64,000 nucleotides of DNA from positions 9,702 to 73,701 of the forward strand of contig CAYVMD010000002.1 of the NCBI GenBank assembly GCA_964452465.1. The letters run 5' to 3'. Of the stretch, positions 46,573 through 56,173 are shown one piece after another. Source of the stretch: an uncultured bacterium (GTDB lineage Bacteria > Armatimonadota > JACIXR01). The first letter of the stretch is position 1. The number at the start of each line of letters is the position of its first letter. Under the pieces are notes generated by a model. It ran no database searches. It was not told the origin of the DNA and worked only from the letters and a program-made list of their open reading frames with translations. Made by a program: the position numbers and the translations under genes.

Positions 46573-49503
46573 TTGGCGCCTCGATTTTCGTTTAACCTCC
46601 TTGGATTTGGCATTAAAATAAATGCAATAAAAATGGAAGAGGTGAGACGATGTATGTGGAGAAGTGTTTTCTGTTGGGTTCTGTTTTTGATGCTGGGAGG
46701 GATGGCGATGTCCCAGGTTAGAATTAAACAGGAGGGGCAAAGATGGATATTGGAGAACGAGCACATTCAGGTGAGCGTTGAGCCCTTAATGGGCGTTATC
46801 AGCGTCAAGGATCTAAAGAGCGGTTATATCTGGGAACCCCTAAAGAGGGAAAAGCTGAGCATCGCCCGCACCAGCACCCCTCCCCAAATAGATGGCGATC
46901 TGAGGGAATGGGGAGGAAGAAAGGGCATAAAGTTAACGCCGGAGATGGCAACGAGCCACGCGGGGAAGCCAAGGGATGAAAGTGATTGCTCGGCTGAGGT
47001 TTGGTTGGCGTGGGACGAGGAGAACCTCTATCTGGGGGCAAGGGTGAGGGATGATGTTGTGGATTTCGCACCCAAGGGGTTTAAAACTTGGTGGGAAAGG
47101 GACTCGCTGGAGGTTTGGGTAGGCAGTTTGCAGATAGGCTTCAACCTCAATCCCCAAGGAACCATGTTGATGAGGGGAGATGGTTCTCCAGTGGATGGGG
47201 AGGCAGTGTTGCGGGAGATGGAGGCAGGTTACGTTGTGGAGGCGAGGCTTCCCTGGAGCAGTTTGGGGGCTTGGCAGGCTACGGTGGGAACTGCCTTCCC
47301 CTTCGCGGTGGGGATAAACGATTCGGATGGAGAGGGGAGGAAAGCGCAACTCTACTTCCCCCTCACCTGGACACACTCCGCTCCCAACACCTTCGCCCAA
47401 GCGGTGCTTGCTGATGAAAAAGGAGGAGCCCCTCCCCTAAAGGAAACCTTCCGCAATGTAAGGAAGGCCTTCGGGGACGCCCTCGCCTTTGATATGGATT
47501 TCCCCACGGGCAGGGGCGGAACGATGGAGACAACGGTGCGCCTGAAGGTGCCCTCCGGTTCCCCTCAACTCATATTAGAGGTGGATGCCAAGGATAGAAA
47601 GGTAAGCATGGGCGAGTTTTCCTTCCTGCCCTCCTTCCTCCTTCGCAAGGGGAGGGGAGTGGTGGCGGTGGCGGATTACTGCGATGGGCATATCTATCCC
47701 TTCGACGATTTCTCCCTATGGGGATTGGATGGAGGACGAATGGATCTCCCCTTCGTGGGGATCTGCGATTTGGAGAGCGGTCTGGGCTATGCCTTGATCC
47801 TCGATACCAGCGATGACGCCTTCGTGACCTTCAGTAAGTACACGATAGGGGGCAAGCAAGTGGTGGCTCCCCAGGTCCATTGGCAGAATAGCAAGGGCAT
47901 ATTCCGTTATCCCCGCCGGATCATCTATCATTTCGTCCCCAAAGGGGGCTATGTGGCGATTGCCAAGGCTTATCGCAACTACGCCAAGGAGAAGGGTTTC
48001 GTCGTGCCCTTCAGCGAGAAGGTGAAGAGAAATCCCCATATCGAGCGCCTCTTTGGAGCCCCCGATGTGTGGAGCTGGTGGGGGCCAATTTCCTACCGCG
48101 ACTTCGTCCTGGAGGCGAAGGCTTGCGGCGTGGATAAGATGTTGATTAATGGTCGTCCCTCTCCCGCGGACATACAATTGGCAAACGACATCGGCTATCT
48201 AACCAGCGAATACGACAATTACACCGATATATTGCAGGTGGAGGAAGGCAAAGAAGTGGATTCCAACCATGGTAGGCTACCGGATGATGCGGTGCTGATG
48301 GCCAATGGCGAGAGGATGACCGCCTGGCTCACTTGGGATAAGAAGACGCAATTCATGAAGCGGTGCCCTGCCCTCTGGACCCCCACCGCCCAGATAGTTA
48401 TCCCCAAAGTGCTGAAGGAATACCCCTTCCTTGCCCGCTTCATAGATGTAACGACGGCGGAAGGTCTCTACGAATGTTACGACCCCAGGCATCCCTTAAC
48501 CAGGGGAGACAAAAGGGAATGTGGAATGAAACTGCTGGGCTATGTGCGTTCCTTGGGGTTGGTGGTGGGAGGGGAGCATGGTATATGGTGGGCGGTGCCC
48601 TATCTGGATTACATAGAGGGAATGATGAGCGCTAACCCCTACTTCTCCTGGCCGGCGGGACACCTCGTCCGTCCTAAATCCAAAGAGGAGGAATTCACCG
48701 ATCCCTGGGGCAGAAAGTTGCCCAAATGGGAGGTTTACGAGAAGTGGGGGATCGGACATAGATGGAGGGTCCCCCTTTGGGAACTCGTCTTCCATGATTG
48801 CATAGTTCCCACTTGGTATTGGGGGGATTCCACGGATTTCCTTTTAGAGGCAGCGCCCGAGATAACGCCTAAGAAGGATGCCTTCAACATCCTCTATGGC
48901 ACGGTGCCCATGTTCTGGGCACACGAAGTGTGGAAGGAGGGGAGGAAGGAGCTCATGCTTCGCTCCTATAGGAACACCTGCAGGTTGCACGAGGTGATAG
49001 CGGACAAGGAGATGCTGAGCCACGAATTCCTCACCGCCGATCACGATGTGCAGAGGACGATCTTCTCCGATGGCACGGAGGTGGTTGTTAACTTCGGGGA
49101 TAAGCCCTATTCCCTAAAGAGGGGTAAGAAGGTCTATCTTTTACCCCAAAATGGCTTCTGGGTTAAGGGACCGAGGATAGAGCAATACATGATCCTCCAG
49201 GGGGGGCGGGCGGTAACTTACATCAAAAGGTCGGATTACCTGTTCAGCGATGAGCAGGGGACGGAGGTGGAGATGAAGTTGGAGGGGAAGGGGAGGATGC
49301 GCCTCCACATAGGGGCGGGGAAAGAGATTAAGGTGAAATTGAGGGATTTGGCAAAGGATTGGGATTTAGGGAAGACCAAAATATACCTCTTGGATAGGGA
49401 GGGAAAGCCGGTTAGGGAGGTGGGATTCCGAAGAGAGGGAGAGGCAATAATATTGGGTCCCTTCCCTGAATTCACTAACCTCGAAGCTATATGCGAAGGA
49501 TGA
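46573..49503 (+). CDS. Secreted CBM9-like plus glycoside-hydrolase-like protein (same unassigned family as 22936..26586); probable start at Met 46633
   Basis: Signal peptide MWRSVFCWVLFLMLGGMAMSQ; CBM9-like module (IDGDLREWGG...EVWLAWDEENLYLGARVRDD); C-terminal blocks GGEHGIWWAVPYLDYIEG...RVPLWELVFHDCIV paralogous to the 22936..26586 core. Confidence 0.5.
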   Translation: MAPRFSFNLLGFGIKINAIKMEEVRRCMWRSVFCWVLFLMLGGMAMSQVRIKQEGQRWILENEHIQVSVEPLMGVISVKDLKSGYIWEPLKREKLSIARTSTPPQIDGDLREWGGRKGIKLTPEMATSHAGKPRDESDCSAEVWLAWDEENLYLGARVRDDVVDFAPKGFKTWWERDSLEVWVGSLQIGFNLNPQGTMLMRGDGSPVDGEAVLREMEAGYVVEARLPWSSLGAWQATVGTAFPFAVGINDSDGEGRKAQLYFPLTWTHSAPNTFAQAVLADEKGGAPPLKETFRNVRKAFGDALAFDMDFPTGRGGTMETTVRLKVPSGSPQLILEVDAKDRKVSMGEFSFLPSFLLRKGRGVVAVADYCDGHIYPFDDFSLWGLDGGRMDLPFVGICDLESGLGYALILDTSDDAFVTFSKYTIGGKQVVAPQVHWQNSKGIFRYPRRIIYHFVPKGGYVAIAKAYRNYAKEKGFVVPFSEKVKRNPHIERLFGAPDVWSWWGPISYRDFVLEAKACGVDKMLINGRPSPADIQLANDIGYLTSEYDNYTDILQVEEGKEVDSNHGRLPDDAVLMANGERMTAWLTWDKKTQFMKRCPALWTPTAQIVIPKVLKEYPFLARFIDVTTAEGLYECYDPRHPLTRGDKRECGMKLLGYVRSLGLVVGGEHGIWWAVPYLDYIEGMMSANPYFSWPAGHLVRPKSKEEEFTDPWGRKLPKWEVYEKWGIGHRWRVPLWELVFHDCIVPTWYWGDSTDFLLEAAPEITPKKDAFNILYGTVPMFWAHEVWKEGRKELMLRSYRNTCRLHEVIADKEMLSHEFLTADHDVQRTIFSDGTEVVVNFGDKPYSLKRGKKVYLLPQNGFWVKGPRIEQYMILQGGRAVTYIKRSDYLFSDEQGTEVEMKLEGKGRMRLHIGAGKEIKVKLRDLAKDWDLGKTKIYLLDREGKPVREVGFRREGEAIILGPFPEFTNLEAICEG

Positions 49504-49529
49504 TCTTTAAAAGATAAGGAGGAGCCTTT

Positions 49530-51524
49530 ATGACCTATAGCCTTTTCTTTCTGGGCGTGCTTGGTCTCGTGTTATGCCAGTTAACCCTTGCCCGAGGGGA
49601 GTTGAGGTTGCCAAGCATCCTGGGCGACCATATGGTGTTTCAGCAGGGCATGCCGATAGTGGTATGGGGTTGGGGGAAACCAGGGGAGGAGGTCAAGGTT
49701 AGCCTGGATGGGATGGAGAGGAAGGGAAAGGTATACGCGGATGGGAAGTGGATGGTGAAATTGCCCGCCCGTCCCGCCGGCGGTCCCTATGAAGTGAAGA
49801 TAACGAGCGGGGAGGATGAGATAACCCTTAAGGATGTCCTCATCGGGGAGGTTTGGGTCTGCTCGGGGCAATCCAACATGGAATGGCCGGTAGCCGCTTC
49901 CAACAATGCTCAGGAGGAGATATCCAGGGCGAATTATCCCCAAATAAGGTTATTCACGGTGCCTCACTCCGCTTCCCTTACCCCCGAGGAGGACTGCGAG
50001 GGCAAATGGGAGGTTTGTAGCCCCAATACGGTGGGCGCTTTCTCCGCGGTTGCCTATTTCTTCGGGCGGGAGATCCACGAAAGGCTAAAGGTCCCCATAG
50101 GATTGATCCACACCAGTTGGGGAGGGACTCCCGCGGAGGCTTGGACCGACCTCGAGACCCTCCGATCCGATCCCGATCTCAGCCCCCTGCTCGAGCGCAT
50201 CCCCAAGGACCCCGTCGATATGAAGGAACTGCAAAAGGAATACGACCGCAAATTGGGGGAATGGTTCGAGAAAGCATTCCTCAAGGACCCAGGGAATAAG
50301 GGGGAAAGCCTGGGTTGGGCGAAGGCGGAGTTCAACGATAGCGATTGGCAAGGCATGGACCTCCCTCGCTTCTGGGAGGATCACTCCCCCCAGATGAGTA
50401 TAGACGGCGCTGTCTGGTTCCGAAAGGCGATCTCCTTGCCCAGGGAGTGGGCAAATAAGGATTTGGTGCTTGAGTTGGGGGCGATAGACGATTTCGATGT
50501 TACCTATTTCAATGGGGAGAAAATAGGTTCCACGGGAGCGGAGGTTCCCAATAGCGCGGTCATCTATCGGAGATATCTCGTGCCGGGCAGGTTGGTCAAG
50601 GAAGGGGTTAACCTGATAGCGGTGCGGGTCTTCGATAATTGGGGAACGGGAGGGTTTGGTGGTCCCAGCGAGAGGATGAGGCTCTCGCTCGCCGATGACC
50701 CTAACGAATGCCTTCCCCTCGCCGGGGAATGGAAGTTCAAGGTGGAGTTCGCTCGTCCCGCCTCGGAGGTTCCTCCCTGGCCGGAGCTGTCGATCAATCC
50801 CTCCTGGGTGCCAACCGCCCTCTACAATGCCATGATCCATCCCCTTCTTCCCTTCCGCATAAGGGGAGCGATTTGGTATCAGGGCGAATCCAATGCGGAT
50901 AGGGCTTATCAGTACCGCAAGTTGTTCCCCGTCATGATAGAGGGGTGGAGGAGAAATTGGAAGGAGGGGGATTTCCCCTTCCTCTTCGTGCAATTGGCTA
51001 ACTTCATGGCGCGCCAACCCGAGCCCACGGAAAGCGCCTGGGCGGAGCTAAGGGAGGCGCAACTTCTTACCTTGAAGACGGTGCCCAATACTGGCATGGC
51101 GGTGGCGATAGATATAGGGGATGCCAACGATATCCATCCTCGCAACAAGCAGGATGTGGGGAAGAGGTTAGCCCTCTGGGCGTTGGCTTTAACCTACGGG
51201 CAAAAGGTGGAATATTCTGGACCCATCTATAGGGAGATGAGAATAGAGGGAGATAAGATCAGGATATTCTTCGACCATGTGGATGGAGGGTTAGTGGCGA
51301 AGGGAGGGGAATTGAAGGGGTTCGCCATTGCGGGGGCGGATAGGAAGTTCTATTGGGCGAGGGCGAGGATAGAAGGGGACACTGTAGTGGTGTGGAGCGA
51401 AAAGGTGCCCCAGCCGGTTGCAGTGCGATATGCCTGGGCGGATAACCCCGACTGCAACCTCTACAATAAAGCAGGGCTACCCGCTTCCCCCTTCCGCACC
51501 GACGACTGGCACCGAGCTCCTTAA
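49530..51524 (+). CDS. Sialate O-acetylesterase (SGNH/DUF303 family carbohydrate esterase)
   Basis: Signal peptide; catalytic-serine block VWVCSGQSNMEW; family-typical C-terminus RYAWADNPDCNLYNKAGLPASPFRTDDW; 26-nt gap after 46573..49503. Confidence 0.8.
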   Translation: MTYSLFFLGVLGLVLCQLTLARGELRLPSILGDHMVFQQGMPIVVWGWGKPGEEVKVSLDGMERKGKVYADGKWMVKLPARPAGGPYEVKITSGEDEITLKDVLIGEVWVCSGQSNMEWPVAASNNAQEEISRANYPQIRLFTVPHSASLTPEEDCEGKWEVCSPNTVGAFSAVAYFFGREIHERLKVPIGLIHTSWGGTPAEAWTDLETLRSDPDLSPLLERIPKDPVDMKELQKEYDRKLGEWFEKAFLKDPGNKGESLGWAKAEFNDSDWQGMDLPRFWEDHSPQMSIDGAVWFRKAISLPREWANKDLVLELGAIDDFDVTYFNGEKIGSTGAEVPNSAVIYRRYLVPGRLVKEGVNLIAVRVFDNWGTGGFGGPSERMRLSLADDPNECLPLAGEWKFKVEFARPASEVPPWPELSINPSWVPTALYNAMIHPLLPFRIRGAIWYQGESNADRAYQYRKLFPVMIEGWRRNWKEGDFPFLFVQLANFMARQPEPTESAWAELREAQLLTLKTVPNTGMAVAIDIGDANDIHPRNKQDVGKRLALWALALTYGQKVEYSGPIYREMRIEGDKIRIFFDHVDGGLVAKGGELKGFAIAGADRKFYWARARIEGDTVVVWSEKVPQPVAVRYAWADNPDCNLYNKAGLPASPFRTDDWHRAP

Positions 51525-51551
51525 GAAAGAACGAAGTGAAGAGAGGTTATA

Positions 51552-52688
51552 TCAATGCTGGAACTCCACTTTGATTATCTTGAAATGCTTTAGATCCGGC
51601 GCGTATATGTAAACATTGCCGTTAAGGGTGCCTGTCCCTCTCCAACCGAAGGGCGCGCTTGGATACATGGGGAAACCAGCCTTCTCCAAGCAAACGCTTC
51701 CGAAAATCTTGCCCGTTTTGGGATCGTGAATGGAAATAGTGGTGGTGCTCAGCTTCCAGGGACCTTCTAACGGTATCTGGTGGAGTTCGGTTATGAGGCA
51801 ACCATGCTTATCTATCCCTATTAGGTAGAAATCCGATTTAAACCCTTTCTTGGGGGGTAAAGGAGGAGATACTACGAATTGGGATATTTCATTGCCTTGT
51901 AGATCGTATTTCTTGACTAACCAGCCATATCTATCTATACCTTCCACCGACAACATAGCGGAAGGGTCGGCGCTCGGTTGGCCCTTCTCATCAAGCGGGA
52001 TAAATCTATATGTGAAGCCTAAGAGGGAGGGATCCACCTCCGGCGGAATCTCCTCGCAGGGTCCTAAGTGGTTGCCCTCCGCATCGAATAGGAATCCCTC
52101 GAGCCAAACGCGGTCCCCTGCCACCTTCTCCAAAGGGAACCCACCTTCGCAAGGCTCACGAGCGAGCTCTTTAACTTCGAACCCCCTTATGAACTTGCCA
52201 GATTTGTCGAACACCAGTAGATAGGGAACCTCGACTTCCGGTGACATAAGTGGAGGAAGCAGGGGATCGCGGAAGAGATACCTTTTCTGTTTCGTGCGGA
52301 TGTCCAGCGCGAACACATATTTTTCTCCTACCACCACTTGATCGGGTCCCTTTCTTCGAAATTTTCCTATGCCACAGGTGAAGAGGAGCTTGCCATCGGT
52401 GGTATAGCAGCAGAGCCTATGGTTGACCGTATCTGCTATCCATAGGGTCTTCTCCTCGGGATCGATGTCGAAATCATTTGGAGCTGGAAGGGGTCCAAAG
52501 CCCCATTCGCGCGCTTCTTTAGGGTTCACTCCCAGTCCGAATTGCTTCTCCCCTTTTCCCCAGGTTGCAAAGATCACATACTTGACCTTAACCTTTGCCT
52601 TGGGCAGAACATCGGGCACACCCTCAAGGCTTACCAAGCAAACAAAGAGGAGAAGGGGCAAAACCAACCTCACATAAGAAGCCCTCAT
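51552..52688 (-). CDS. Secreted NHL-repeat-like beta-propeller protein (paralog A), low-GC island
   Basis: Signal peptide MRASYVRLVLPLLLFVCLVSLEG; NHL-type repeats (LWIADTVNHRLCCYTTDGKLL...); about 50% GC; GGAAGGAGG SD. Confidence 0.5.
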   Translation of the reverse strand: MRASYVRLVLPLLLFVCLVSLEGVPDVLPKAKVKVKYVIFATWGKGEKQFGLGVNPKEAREWGFGPLPAPNDFDIDPEEKTLWIADTVNHRLCCYTTDGKLLFTCGIGKFRRKGPDQVVVGEKYVFALDIRTKQKRYLFRDPLLPPLMSPEVEVPYLLVFDKSGKFIRGFEVKELAREPCEGGFPLEKVAGDRVWLEGFLFDAEGNHLGPCEEIPPEVDPSLLGFTYRFIPLDEKGQPSADPSAMLSVEGIDRYGWLVKKYDLQGNEISQFVVSPPLPPKKGFKSDFYLIGIDKHGCLITELHQIPLEGPWKLSTTTISIHDPKTGKIFGSVCLEKAGFPMYPSAPFGWRGTGTLNGNVYIYAPDLKHFKIIKVEFQH

Positions 52689-52722
52689 CGCTAAATCTTA
52701 CCTCCTTCCTTTCCCCTAGGAA

Positions 52723-52855
52723 CCTCCTGCGCTAAGGATTCGAAGCCCAACCCTCTGGGGGAGAATTGGTCTTTAATAAAATTATGAGAAAGCTTCTTTT
52801 TTCGGCAAGGGGATGGGGGCAAAAATTAAAAATTTTCGGGGATTTTCAGGGGGTA
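52723..52855 (-). promoter_or_regulatory. About 133-bp promoter plus 5'-leader cassette, copy A (-35 TTGCCG, 16-nt spacer, -10 CATAAT)
   Basis: About 88% identical to 55993-56127; minus-strand -35 at plus 52803-52808 and -10 at plus 52781-52786; conserved leader ...AAGACCAATTCTCCCCCAGAGGGTTGGGCTTCGAATCCTTAGCGCAGGAGG. Confidence 0.5.
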
Positions 52856-52922
52856 TATTTGCGGTGTATTTGCTCCTCGACGAAGGCTTCATCCTTAAGG
52901 GAAAACATAGATTTGTGGATCT

Positions 52923-54200
52923 TTAATTTCCATTCGAAGGGATCACCGCGTAACTTATTAATCCTTTAACCCTCAGTAGAAGCTTCGGCTGTCCCCCTTG
53001 TAGGGGCATTCGGTAAATACCTACTATGGTTTCAATGGGCTGATGAAGTGGGGGATTCACGCCGAATTCAATATCTTCGTCGAGAAAATAGATATTCTCC
53101 TGTTCGTCGCACGAAGGCCAGTAAGCGTTTAAGCTGGCTGGAATTTGCTGGAAGTAAGTTAGCCCTCCAGTCTCCAAATCCAGAAGGACGAGTTTGGCAT
53201 GGAAGGGATCAGGTATATTTGGTCCTGTATACTGGTTTCCTTCACCCATGAACTCTCGATAATCAGGCTTGCCCTGAGAAAAGATATAATACTTCCCATC
53301 CGGCGTAAAGTGTCCTGGAGGAGTGTAAAGTTGAGTAGCCTCTACGAGCTCCTGCCTTGAACCGACTTCGGGATCTATGATGACAAGCCACTCCACTGGG
53401 GGATCGGCTGGACTCGTAGTTCCTACTACGAGTCTTTGACCGTCGGGGCTCCAGGCGATGGAGGTGATGAGCCGATACGCTACCTCCGGCGCATTCGGAT
53501 CGAAGTAGGGTGAAAGCATCACCTTTTCCCGTCCACTTGAGAGATCGAACACGACGAGCGCTATTCCTTCGCCTTTCTCGTCTTTTCTCCCGACAGCCAC
53601 CCGTTGACCATCAGGGGAGAGGGCCGGCCAGTGAAAGACGCCGTTTTTGAGACGGTGCAAAATGAATGCTGGCTTTTTCCCGGAGGAGCGAGGCGTCTTG
53701 CTTTCCTTTGCTGGTTGTAAAATGTAGAGGGACTTCTCGGTAGCAATGAGGAATTCGTCTTTGGGGTTAGCGTTGAGATAGGTGATGCATTCGGGGAGCG
53801 ACCTACGGAAAACCTCCTTCTTCGTTCGATAATCGACGAGTATGACTTCTTTTTGTCTTGCCCCGCAATAGGCTGCATATCTTCCCGCCCAGGCGAAAAA
53901 CCGTCGGGGGGCAAGGGTGTATTCTTGTTCCGCCCTTGCCCCAGAGGGCGAGAATTCAAATATCCTTGCTCCTCTTCCTTGACCATCACGCAGCCACCCC
54001 GTCCAGACTTGCCTATCTTGCTCCTTATGAAGGGAGACATAGCCTAGCAAGAGCGAGGAAGCGTTTGCTTCGTTCAAGGTACCCAAGCCACCACTGCCCC
54101 CACCATACTCCTCGCGACTCAGTATGACAAAAAAGAAGACAAGGACCAAGAACAAATTGGATATTGCTCTTCTTGTTATTTCATTGCCCTTCCTTTTCAT
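52923..54200 (-). CDS. Secreted/periplasmic TolB-like (WD40-like) beta-propeller protein
   Basis: N-terminal TM/signal segment; repeated LSPDGQRVAV / WSPDGQRLVV beta-propeller blades; lower GC than flanks. Confidence 0.55.
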   Translation of the reverse strand: MKRKGNEITRRAISNLFLVLVFFFVILSREEYGGGSGGLGTLNEANASSLLLGYVSLHKEQDRQVWTGWLRDGQGRGARIFEFSPSGARAEQEYTLAPRRFFAWAGRYAAYCGARQKEVILVDYRTKKEVFRRSLPECITYLNANPKDEFLIATEKSLYILQPAKESKTPRSSGKKPAFILHRLKNGVFHWPALSPDGQRVAVGRKDEKGEGIALVVFDLSSGREKVMLSPYFDPNAPEVAYRLITSIAWSPDGQRLVVGTTSPADPPVEWLVIIDPEVGSRQELVEATQLYTPPGHFTPDGKYYIFSQGKPDYREFMGEGNQYTGPNIPDPFHAKLVLLDLETGGLTYFQQIPASLNAYWPSCDEQENIYFLDEDIEFGVNPPLHQPIETIVGIYRMPLQGGQPKLLLRVKGLISYAVIPSNGN

Positions 54201-54278
54201 AGGGTATAAATCACAACCATCCGGAGAGATCTCCCCTTTCCTCCCTTCATAGATGACACGAGTAATCTTACACCTAAT

Positions 54279-54839
54279 CTACGGATCAAGCAAATATTTG
54301 TAGCGGTAGGGAGCGTAAGAACTCTCAACTGAAGACTTGGAGCGTACAGTGTAGGCTACGCGGTCATAGGCGTTGAGCATAGTGCTCTCATATAACACAT
54401 AGTTCCCGTTGGGATCCCGGTGACGGAAGATCATTACATGACTCGTATTGCAAAGAATGTCAGCTGCCTTGAGTTGCGCGAAGCTTGATACCGGGATGGA
54501 AATGTCCGAACTAATTAATTGGGAAGCGCTTCGCTTTGAAGGAAGTCCCCAGCATCTACTCACAAATCCAGAGCAATCGACTCCCGCTGTTCTTTGTTTA
54601 TAATAACCCCTCGTGTCAATATTTCCTGCCGCCCAATTACTGCTGAGCTGCGTATCGAAACAATCGGGGCCACCTAAAGCGCTAAATCCTCCCCAGCAAT
54701 AGGGGACACATGGGTAGTATCTATCATATCCCTGGTTAATATATCTCGGCCTTTGCCAAGGTTTCTCTGCATAGGTCCCTTCGTAGTTGTACTTGTTACA
54801 GTACCAAGTCTTAGCATGATACTCCTCTGCTATCCACAT
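54279..54839 (-). CDS. NlpC/P60-family papain-fold peptidase (peptidoglycan endopeptidase-like)
   Basis: Catalytic Cys block GVDCSGFVSRCWGLPSKRSASQ and downstream His block HVMIFRH, in the order and spacing of NlpC/P60 domains; Cys/Tyr/Trp-rich N-terminal about 85 aa; about 47% GC; no obvious signal peptide. Confidence 0.6.
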   Translation of the reverse strand: MWIAEEYHAKTWYCNKYNYEGTYAEKPWQRPRYINQGYDRYYPCVPYCWGGFSALGGPDCFDTQLSSNWAAGNIDTRGYYKQRTAGVDCSGFVSRCWGLPSKRSASQLISSDISIPVSSFAQLKAADILCNTSHVMIFRHRDPNGNYVLYESTMLNAYDRVAYTVRSKSSVESSYAPYRYKYLLDP

Positions 54840-54919
54840 TATGTCGGACCTCCATCTCCACGGGGGAGGCTGAGGAGGAGAAGGAGCATTTTCTACTCCT
54901 TCCTCACCAACAGCAGGAG

Positions 54920-55981
54920 TTACTCCTCTTTTTGCAGCAACAGGGGTATTTCCTTAGAGGAAGCCCAGAAGGCAACCTTGAGGATGGAGATCTCGTCTGC
55001 AGAACAATATAAGAAGTAAAGATCGCCACTCGCGTCGATGCTTATATCCTTGGTGGGATAAGCGTATCTCCTCCCAGGAAGGAGAGCGATCCCTTCCACT
55101 TCGCCCGTTTGGGCATTCAGCCCTACGAGGAGCTCGTTTTTGTCAGTCGTGATTCTGAAAAGCAGCGCAGTTCCTGCTTTTCCTAAATAATGGAATGCGT
55201 TCGTTGGATCGGCGAGCCCATTAGGGAACTTAAAAGTTTTCCAGTCAGGGGGCCTAAACCTTTCGTTCAATTTAAGCATGGAAAAAGAAATTCCGTTTGC
55301 CTTCATCAAACCAGGAGAACGCTGAAGGTCCCACAGGGTACCATGGATCTGCCACAGAGTGCCATCTCGGGACATTGTCCCCTTGAGGCTATTAATAACT
55401 TCTAACTCACCAGAAGGATCAAACCTCAGCACGAGTGTTTCCATCTCCTCTCCGGAACGAACCACATATATCTCTCCCTCTTTGCTAACTTCAAATCCAG
55501 CTACAGGCTCCATTCCAATATTATCCAATCGCTTCACGATGCCCCTCCCGTTGGTTAGCACAATAATCGCCTTCACACCTACATCTAATAAATATATGTT
55601 CCCCTTTGCATCTACTCCAAGGCTGTATGCCCAAAACTCCTCGGGAAAGGATACTGCATCCACGAGATAACCGGTATCTTTGTCGTATTGGAGTACCCGA
55701 TGGTGTACATTGTCGAGAAGATATATAAACTTCCCTTCCACTTCTAAGGCATTGGGTCCTTCCGGGAGTCCTCTTCCTATAGCATCTGTATAACCCACGC
55801 CTTCTTCGGAAACAGTAATTTGGACGATGGTTTTGTAGAAGCTCCTCCATATTGACGATACCATGGGCGGCGAATTCGGGTAACCTGCTGAAAGGTGACG
55901 AATCTTTACAGTGGAGTGGACCGTGGTGACCGGCAACAACCCAATGAGCAACACCACACACCAAAACCACACACGCCTCAT
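54920..55981 (-). CDS. Secreted NHL-repeat-like beta-propeller protein (paralog B)
   Basis: Start at the internal ATG (MRRVWFWCVVLLIGLLPVTTVHS signal peptide); the track ORF extends artificially to a TTG at 56092 inside the cassette; NHL-like repeats (IYLLDNVHHRVLQYDKDTGYL) paralogous to 51552..52688. Confidence 0.5.
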   Translation of the reverse strand: MRRVWFWCVVLLIGLLPVTTVHSTVKIRHLSAGYPNSPPMVSSIWRSFYKTIVQITVSEEGVGYTDAIGRGLPEGPNALEVEGKFIYLLDNVHHRVLQYDKDTGYLVDAVSFPEEFWAYSLGVDAKGNIYLLDVGVKAIIVLTNGRGIVKRLDNIGMEPVAGFEVSKEGEIYVVRSGEEMETLVLRFDPSGELEVINSLKGTMSRDGTLWQIHGTLWDLQRSPGLMKANGISFSMLKLNERFRPPDWKTFKFPNGLADPTNAFHYLGKAGTALLFRITTDKNELLVGLNAQTGEVEGIALLPGRRYAYPTKDISIDASGDLYFLYCSADEISILKVAFWASSKEIPLLLQKEE

Positions 55982-55992
55982 ACCACACAGCA

Positions 55993-56127
55993 CCCTCCGC
56001 ACTAAGGATTCGAAGCCCAACCCTCTGTGGGAGAATTGGTCTTTAATAAAATTATAACGAAGTTTTTCCCCCCGGCAAGGGGGTGGGGACAAAAAATTAA
56101 GGATGTTGGGGGATTTTTTCAGGGGCG
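55993..56127 (-). promoter_or_regulatory. About 133-bp promoter plus 5'-leader cassette, copy B (-35 TTGCCG, 16-nt spacer, -10 TATAAT)
   Basis: Minus-strand -35 at plus 56073-56078 and -10 at plus 56051-56056; leader conserved with copy A; GGAGG SD before ATG 55981. Confidence 0.5.
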
Positions 56128-56173
56128 CAAGCCCCGCTCCCTCCTTCCGTACCGACGATAGGCGCAGAGGTCC

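Noticed and set aside
52745-52760. GGGCTTCGAATCC segment in both 133-bp cassettes, resembling a tRNA T-arm
   Set aside because: No complementary T-stem, acceptor stem or the other tRNA arms can be formed. The similarity is limited to the palindromic TTCGAA core.
54840-54956. The reading frame of the NlpC/P60 gene stays open about 38 codons upstream of its ATG and encodes a linker-like P/A/G/E-rich peptide, suggesting a fusion with the upstream NHL-propeller gene
   Set aside because: An in-frame stop (plus 54954-54956) precedes it, and the propeller gene ends with its own TAA at 54920-54922 in a different frame. No alternative start codon lies in the stretch, so the two are treated as separate genes. 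This may be the trace of an ancient fusion.
56093-56173. GGGGC-GCAA-GCCCC hairpin after the YfcE-like gene, considered as its terminator
   Set aside because: The U/T tract lies on the wrong side for minus-strand transcription (an A-run follows the hairpin on the transcribed strand), and the segment also belongs to promoter cassette copy B. The call is ambiguous.
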